Assembly (NCBI GenBank): GCA_025786725.1
Contig: JAHLTZ010000003.1
Coordinates: forward strand, 558,001-622,000
Length of the DNA: 64,000 nucleotides
Direction of reading: 5' to 3'
From: Syncephalis fuscata S228
Taxonomy: Eukaryota > Fungi > Zoopagomycota
Numbering within the stretch: position 1 is the stretch's first letter; the number at the start of each line of letters is the position of its first letter. Made by a program: the position numbers and the translations under genes. A model generated the notes under the pieces. It made no database searches, was not told where the DNA came from, and was given only the letters and a program-made list of their open reading frames with translations. Below, one piece after another: positions 56,500 through 64,000 of this stretch.

Positions 56500-57090
56500 A
56501 TTTAATCTAATTACTTTAAAGCATGCAAACTAGCAATTATTTTCTGGAGCTGTTGACCTTTTTGCAAATTAAAACAAACAAGATGTTCATCAACGCTCAC
56601 TCATAACATTCTTGTTTTTTATTACTCTTGACTGCTCGTTTTATACTGATCACATGTAAACCGTATTAATTAAATACTTGTAGTTTGCAGTTTATTTATA
56701 TGAATTGTGCAAATCAATTGAAGTTAAACCAACCATTTTATAGATCGAAAAGCTATAGGCAACTTTTATACACACATACTGGACTATCGATTTTGATACT
56801 GAGATGCATGGCTGCTGATGTATGTGTATGCAGTGACAGTTCGAGTTGATCCAAGCAAAGGTTAGTATTTCACTGCAATACTTTGGTATACATTGTTTGT
56901 TGGGAAATATTGAAATTATGCTGTTGCTTGTAGCGGTAGTGTTATAACAGTGCGAATTTATTCTCTTAGAGTATGAGACAGCGAAAAGTAAACGGTTTTA
57001 TTTATAAAATAACATATATGAACCGCACAACATGTTGCGGCCATGTAGCATCATTGTAAAATTTATTTTTATGAACAATGGGTTATTATT

Positions 57091-58055
57091 TAGTATGCTT
57101 TGGGCGCTAAATGGCTATTTTTAATAACATTCGCGCAATTGAACTGCACATTCACTCTATTGAACATGGGGACAAGTGGTGAGTTTTATTTAATCATTAC
57201 ATCATCACATTTATTGCGATTTGGTGGTTAAATGACTAATATTTAATAACGCCCAATCTATTGAACATGATGATGGGCGGTGAGTGACATCAGTTATCAA
57301 ATACTCATCATCATAGATTCATTATCCAGTATGCATATATACTCTATTCATACATATCATTCCCATTTTATACATAAACCACTATATATCATTCTATGAT
57401 ATACTAGACGCATTCTATTGTTTATATGTTCCAATACACTCTACTCATTCCCCTCATTGCATTATATGCACTATAACGCTAACATTATTTTATATGCTTT
57501 CTTACCATACATTTATCATTCTATATATCGTTCTATACTCGTCTAGCCTTCTTCTATCCAAAACTGCCTTTATTTTTGTTTTAGCTTTATTATTAATAAA
57601 TGTCGACCAATTCCGCTCATTGATCATGCATATATGCTCAATAACTTTGACACTGCTAATCGTCGTTCAGTATTGTATATTAATACTATTGTATAATAGT
57701 TTATTGTCTAATAAATACGTGCTAGCTATTTCAGCTGTTTTTTTAGTTTTAGAGCTATTATTAATAAATCTTAACATATTTTATCTCATTCATTTAGCAA
57801 GCTATATGTAATTAAAACCTATAACAATATGATGTATTCAGTATGACATAGAGTAATATACAGTAGCATAGATATACACTGTTAATGAGATAAATGAGTA
57901 GAGGATATATGCATACTGAATAATTGATCTATGATGATGGGTATTTGATGACTGATGTCACTCACCACCCATCATCATGTTCAATAAATTGAATGTGTAG
58001 TTCAATTACGCGAATGTTTTATTAAATTTAGTCATTTGGCCACCAAATCACACTA
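57091..58055. mobile_element. MITE family A copy 3, between the convergent tyrosinases
   Basis: TAGTATGCTTTG...CAAATCACACTA termini, long TIRs, duplicated left subterminal unit, interior homologous to copies 1 and 2. Confidence 0.85.
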
Positions 58056-58140
58056 AACAACTAATAAACTGTTACAAAAATTAAAATGAATTACGATAAA
58101 CTTTAATTAACACAACTTCATCAGAAATACCAATAACAAA

Positions 58141-59624
58141 TTACTTTGACAAAATTGAATTATTTAAAATACTGCTAGCAAAATTCAACAGTTCTTCTTT
58201 AGCGTTTTTCAGCAATTTACCAAAGGCAGATTTGTCGCTAAAGAGATTGCTTAGAAAAGCAATACCGTCGTTGCCAATGAGCTCGTTCAAACTCTTCAGC
58301 ATATCTTCATCACCAAGTATTTTCATACCTGCAGCAATAGCCGATTGTTTAAGTTCAGCAATTGAATTGGTGATAGTAGTCTTTAATGGAATAGACAGCT
58401 CAACACGCTTGCCATTGATGTCAACCGTAAACTTGATATCCTTATTTGTTTCAATAAGCGTACGCAGCAAATCATTACGATTCCATAACGCAGCCGGTGA
58501 GATATAGCCATCGATGCTATATAGTTTCTTCGTAAACTTTCGTCCTTCTTCTTCAAATTTGCGGACCATGGTAATGTTTATTCCATTCATTTTGCACCAA
58601 TCTTCTGATACAGGAGCTAAAGGACTTGGGTGTACCAGATCGATGTATTCCGAAGATGGAGCTGTGGCATTAGCAGATTTAGCTGCAGAATTTGAGCAAC
58701 CGGAGCTGGCGGAGCGTCGCACTCGTTGCACAGATGGCGGCGCTTGAGCGTTTCGATTTTCGTATGCCTTGATCGGCGTGGCATATACGTAGCATAACTG
58801 ATCGCTTTGCGTATCAAAGACGCTAGATGCAGGAACATACCATGGTCGTAAGGTGGTGTTTACATCCCAAGGACCAATACTTTTCGCTTGTTCTGGCTTT
58901 TGTTTTTGCCATTCTGCCCAGTACCTATCTATATTACCGTGATGCATAAAAAAAAGTGGGTCATTTGGGGCACCCATGAATTTGAGAAGGCCGCCTATGT
59001 TATTATGGATAATAGCATGTGGTATGCCTTCAAGTCGTTGGGCAAACTCAGTATATGTGTGGGAACTATGTATTATGTTTGCAATTTCTTCTGGTGTGTT
59101 AAAGCGCGAGAGCTGCTGGCCGAGATTATATTGTCGAAAAAGACATTGGGGCCATGTTGGATCTAGTCCAAATGGTTTAATATTCTTGAAAGGGCCATCT
59201 TGGATACAAGCCGATGGACCTACGCCGTTGCCGCCAAAGTATTTTTCTGACAAGATGGGCGATGCATGAGGAGCCCAAGCATCGGCCGACCAGTCCCAGT
59301 ACGGTAAAATGACTCTGGTGTCAACTCTACGAAGGGCATTTTCAAGCTCTTTTAAGTATTTGCGATGCCATGGGAGAAAGATCGGCGTACTATGATTTCC
59401 TTTCCATACTGTAGATGATATTGAACCATCTGGCCCAGAGTGCTTGGCTGTCCGTCGGTCATAATTTTTCTCATAGCTTGTAGGAAGATGTTGCGTTCAT
59501 TTTCTGATAAATCACGGATCTCACGACGTACAAGTGGAGTGGAGCATTTAGCATTTGCATGTGCAGCCAGTGCAACACAGGCAGACACTGTCAACAGTGC
59601 TAATTTAGCAATAGAAAAGTGCAT
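58141..59624 (-). CDS. Secreted tyrosinase paralogue (1-nt frameshift at ~59393 within the CuA His codon)
   Basis: Signal peptide MHFSIAKLALLTVSACVALA; RREIRDLS; (H)STPIFLPWHR; PYWDWS; PHAIIHNNIGG..APNDPLFFMHHGNID. Confidence 0.85.
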
Positions 59625-61329
59625 TATCGATCGACGATAATTAAAAAACGTTAAATACGAGTAAACAAATAGTGTTTGTACCACACTTAAATCTACCAGT
59701 GTTTAACAAAAGACTAAGTAATATTTTGAATTAGAATAAATGCTATGTAAGCGAGCAGCAACAGCTATGGGTAAATAGAAGCAAAATGCTACGGCTGCAG
59801 TTACAACTACTATAGAAAAGTATTAGAGTGTTTATATGATGGCCCAGTTTTAATAGCGACGGCCTGTATCTTTTTATAGCTTGCCAGAGCTACAAATCAG
59901 CCCAAGTTGTATTGCATTCATTAGTAAAAATTTTCACCGTATTTGTCAACATCAAACAAAGGAACGGGTTATACGCCCATGACCTGGCCACTGACTTGCC
60001 GCCTAGTTTTGAGAAAGCATACCTTTGCGCATGTTTAAATTGATATGTATCAACCAGTGCACGATAACAAGGAGCAATATAGGTATTTTAATAACTCTGC
60101 TAGCCAGTACTTTTAATAAAGCTGTGTCTTATTTATTATGTCGTAATAGCTTTAATACAGCTTGTAGCAATAAACGAAGGTTGACAATGACAATAAGTAT
60201 TATAATGAAACTTACCATTGTTGAGTAATATGTCTGTCAAGGTCGTTGTTTGTTGATAGATATGATTGGCTATTTCAAACACAAACTGGTTTTATTCATT
60301 CAGTAAATCTATTTATTTCGTTTTCAGTTAAAAAGTACTCTACGTTATTTTGATTGGTGCCATGCACTGCATAGCTAACCATCCGACTTGTACTCCTACC
60401 GCTACTGTACCCGCCTACTGAAACATTGGATGAATTTTTAGAAAGGCTGTCGTTCACAGTATCAAACTGAAGCGAATCAACAGTATGCAATTTGCAACGA
60501 TTGTCGAATGACTAGGTTATTTTAGATTATACCAATTGCAAAATAATATTCTATTTGAACATTTGCGATAGAGCAGCGGTTGAACAAAAACAGATAGTCT
60601 GAATTAAAAAGAACAAATGCTTATTATGTGACAGTAATATTGATGTAAAACAATAGTTTGATCTTAGTCATCAGTGTTGTTATCAGACAGCAATGGTAGC
60701 ATATAAATGGCTGTGTGCAAAATAGTTATTAAATTGAATAGAGCTACACTAGATATATACAAGCTTGAGGATTGCACAGCTTAAAATGTAGATTAATAGG
60801 ATATATAGCCTGCTAGTGCACAGCCACTAGTCAGCTACAAACACTGACATCGGCTATAATACCATTTCAGAATAAGCAGCATGATAGTAAAAAATAAAGC
60901 AGTCGGTGAAGAAGTAACAGTTTATATAGTCACTAAAGTTATCGCAATGATAGCTATGCAGTTGTATTTATAATAAAAATAAATTATAAAATAAAACAAT
61001 TCAGATTAAATAAAAGTACAAAACATTAGTAAACTAATAAACATTCGTGTCAATAAATACGTCAGCATTCGTATATGGAGTGAAAATGTGACTAGCAAAA
61101 AGGCAAGATTAAAGAAAGCATTGCAAGACGCGGTGTAAAGAATATTTACAATTAAAGTAGCAGCCAATAACTAATGAAACTAGCTATATAGAGTAAATGA
61201 ATGTGCGTGTATGAAGTGAATAGCTGCTGTCTGACTCCCACATCTGTCCCCAAAGCACAATTCGTTTCAATCAAAGTCATGCCGTTATGATGCACAACAT
61301 ACTTATATTACTTTTTATTAAAATATTGT

Positions 61330-61875
61330 TAATAAATTGATTTAAATAAACAATGTAACATACTATTTGATTTCATTGAAACATTGAGGCCGATTATTAT
61401 TGTTGTTGGCCATGTGTAGAAAGATTGATCGAATATTAATAGAAGCCATATGACCGCGATTCCATATCGTTCCTCATTATTTCTGTTGCCTGTTTGTCAT
61501 ACTGTACATCAAACTGCTATATAATCTATTTCTTCTCTATCTTGTTTCTGTTTACTTGAACCACACTTGCATATTATAACGATTATATTTAATAATCGCA
61601 ATATTTTATTTTTTTATACTTGTAGACCATTTTCAACAAAAATATTTAACAATTCAGCGTAAAAAGCCTTTTATTTTATTAAATGTTATCTTAACTTCAA
61701 CTAATACCATAATGTGCATATTTAATTACATTATTGTGTGGATAATTACACAGGAATTGATTAATGTTGGATGCAATATTGTACATCGTATAGTAATTGA
61801 TGGGTGTTTAGTTGTATTTAAAAGTGCTAAGAAGTGAAATGGATAAATAAAAATGTGGGTGTCAAAGTACAGTAG
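61330..61875 (-). mobile_element. MITE-like family B, copy 3 (reverse orientation, distal end truncated)
   Basis: Its reverse complement aligns with 2059 to ~2590, starting CTACTGTACTTTGACAC. Confidence 0.75.
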
Positions 61876-61991
61876 CTCCCATTAATTAATTACAACATGG
61901 ACAATTAGTGCACAATTAATTCATTTAAAACTTGAAAGCAACGTGTATTGAAAAAAATAATCAAGAACTTTGCGCAACTAGAGTTGTCTAT

Positions 61992-63350
61992 TTACAAAAC
62001 AATCGTAAACTTATCAACAATAGTCTTGACCCATCCAAGCCAGTTAGTGGACTGGAGACCGGCTGGTGGGTCGGAGTAGATCAAAAGATTGGGTGTATCA
62101 TTTGCTATGCCTTCCAAAGCACCCTTGGTCGCCTCATCGATGATCTTTTCCTTAAGGTGCTTGGGCTTCACAACTGATGGATCAGCTTCTTGTGAAAGAT
62201 AATAGGCCATAAGGCCGCAGACGTGAGGGGAAGCCATGGAAGTACCGGAGATAGTGTTGGTGGCCACGTTGGAGCCAATCCATGTCGACAAGATGTTGTG
62301 ACCAGGAGCAAAGACATCGGTACATTTGCCGTAGTTAGAGAACCAGGCGCGTGTATCCTCAATGGTAGAAGCACCAACAGTGACGGCCTTGTCAGCGGAA
62401 GCAGGTGAGTAGTCGCAAGCATCACGGTTATCATTACCAGCTGCCACGGCAAAGTGCACACCAGCCTCAACAGCAGCGTTGACTGCCATATTCAAGGCAC
62501 GAGAGAAGCCACCGCCCAACGACATGTTGGCTACGCTAGCATGTCTCTTCTTCGACTTCTTGGCCTCTTGAGCGGCCAATCCATGTGCTTCGGCGACCCA
62601 CTGGACACCACCAACGACGTCGGACATAGAGCCGGATCCGTTGGAGCGCAACACCTTGACTGCAACGATATTGGCGTTTTTGGCAACACCGTAACGATGG
62701 CCAGCTACAGTACCAGCCACATGCGTACCGTGGCCGTTGCCATCCTTATCTTCGTCGTTTTGTGGGATAGTGGCGCCCCATGTAGCACGGCCTTCAAAAT
62801 CGACATGATGGATATTGACACCAGTATCCACAATATAGGCAGTAATATCATGGCCACCATCATGCGCGTATGGGTATTTGTTAAAGGTGCGGAAGGTCAA
62901 CGTCTCACGGTGAGCAATACGAGCTAGACCCCAAGGGGCATTTCTTTGCAAATCAGTTGCGTAGACAGTCGAGTCATGTTCGACAAAGGCAACTTCATCG
63001 GCATTGCGCACCTTGTCGACCACTTCACTGGTAAATTTGCCAGCATAGCCACGCAGTCCATCCATTTCGTATACGTGATGCATCTGGTTTTCACCACCAT
63101 CACTAACAAGACCGCCGTGTTGGGCAAGGAAAGCCGCCAATAGATTGTGATGTGATTCAATCTGCTGTTCAGATAAATCCTTTTTCAACACAACGATGTA
63201 GCTATCTTGAATGACATCGGCATTATCGGTTGATAGCAAAGGAGCTACATTGCCGCTTGTGTGATGACGTGCATCAACACCAACTGAAACCAAAGCAATC
63301 ACCGCAACTGCTGCGGAAGCAAGCAAATACACTGTTCTAACAGGACGCAT
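61992..63350 (-). CDS. PRB1: Subtilisin-like serine protease S8A (vacuolar protease B/cerevisin type) with I9 propeptide, intronless
   Basis: Signal peptide; SYIVVLK prodomain; APWGLARI; catalytic triad VDTG / HGTHVAG / GTSMASPH; AAGN. Confidence 0.93.
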   Translation of the reverse strand: MRPVRTVYLLASAAVAVIALVSVGVDARHHTSGNVAPLLSTDNADVIQDSYIVVLKKDLSEQQIESHHNLLAAFLAQHGGLVSDGGENQMHHVYEMDGLRGYAGKFTSEVVDKVRNADEVAFVEHDSTVYATDLQRNAPWGLARIAHRETLTFRTFNKYPYAHDGGHDITAYIVDTGVNIHHVDFEGRATWGATIPQNDEDKDGNGHGTHVAGTVAGHRYGVAKNANIVAVKVLRSNGSGSMSDVVGGVQWVAEAHGLAAQEAKKSKKRHASVANMSLGGGFSRALNMAVNAAVEAGVHFAVAAGNDNRDACDYSPASADKAVTVGASTIEDTRAWFSNYGKCTDVFAPGHNILSTWIGSNVATNTISGTSMASPHVCGLMAYYLSQEADPSVVKPKHLKEKIIDEATKGALEGIANDTPNLLIYSDPPAGLQSTNWLGWVKTIVDKFTIVL

Positions 63351-63645
63351 CTTGAAATAGCTGCAACAATTAAAGGCTTAATCGAATCAGTGCTATTGAC
63401 TACTAGCTGATTGGCAAGACAGAGTAAAGTAGGTTGTTAAGCAAGAACCAACAGTTATGGAAAACAAAAGGTAGTGAAGGTAAAGGCAACAGATGAAGTC
63501 TTAATCGCCAAGCAATATAAAACAAAGTAGTAGCGATAGTAAATGTTGTTGTAGTAGAAGTAGTGGACTATGAAGAAAAAGGGGCGATGATAGAAACAAT
63601 GACGCTAGAGACTAGCAATAGAAAAAAAGTGCCGTTGATGATAAG

Positions 63646-63671
63646 AGTAGTAGTAGTAGTAGTAGTAGTAG
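63646..63671 (+). repeat. (GTA)n microsatellite; a similar tract lies at 52959-52984
   Basis: Seen directly. Confidence 0.8.
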
Positions 63672-64000
63672 TTAAGTAAAGGAGAAAGAGAAAGAAGAGT
63701 ATGACGAGAGTATATGTGATGGGAGCTCGCCAGTCACTTTACGGACATTTATAGGTTCGCGGAACTATAGACTGGTCATGTGGTGTTGAGAACAGCAATT
63801 GTATTGGCTAAAATACAATTGTGTGTGTGTGAGAGTGAGTAGAGCAAAGTTCTATATTATATGGCAATAATGGTAATAATAAGGATGATTTAATGAAAAG
63901 GGGATACAAACTGATGGATGGCTCATTCTTCCCCAATAATATGATGACTCAGATGACGAATTGACATCATTCATGTCACCATACTAGCATACGATAGCAG

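Noticed and set aside
59700-61320. Long intergenic region with short ORFs (60025-60228, 60296-60490)
   Set aside because: No motifs, splice pattern or repeat match recognised.

Overview
Eukaryotic, AT-rich fungal genomic DNA with short GT-AG introns and CTAAC/CTAAT branch points. The gene families and gene architecture suggest an early-diverging fungus, possibly a Syncephalis-like Zoopagomycota mycoparasite; this is inference and was not verified by search. The window holds about 19 protein-coding loci. Core genes: AMMECR1-like, Bud21-like, ESA1, a GH72 GAS/GEL gene head-to-head with FKS1, ETR1, ecdysoneless/SGT1, carnitine acetyltransferase, ARMC7, SPT7, CAP2, an aldehyde dehydrogenase and a PRB1-like subtilisin. 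Accessory genes: an F-box pseudogene, an amidase, a tandem pair of 2OG-Fe(II) dioxygenases, a secreted pseudokinase and two secreted tyrosinases. Three non-autonomous inverted-repeat element families are visible. The most striking non-genic structure is a repeat island at ~20.6-25.5 kb: two direct copies of a long-TIR MITE flank a foldback element with nested inverted repeats around a 1-kb A/C-rich triplet expansion. Several conserved genes show single-base frameshifts, most likely long-read consensus errors. No rRNA, tRNA, CRISPR array or autonomous transposase was recognised.
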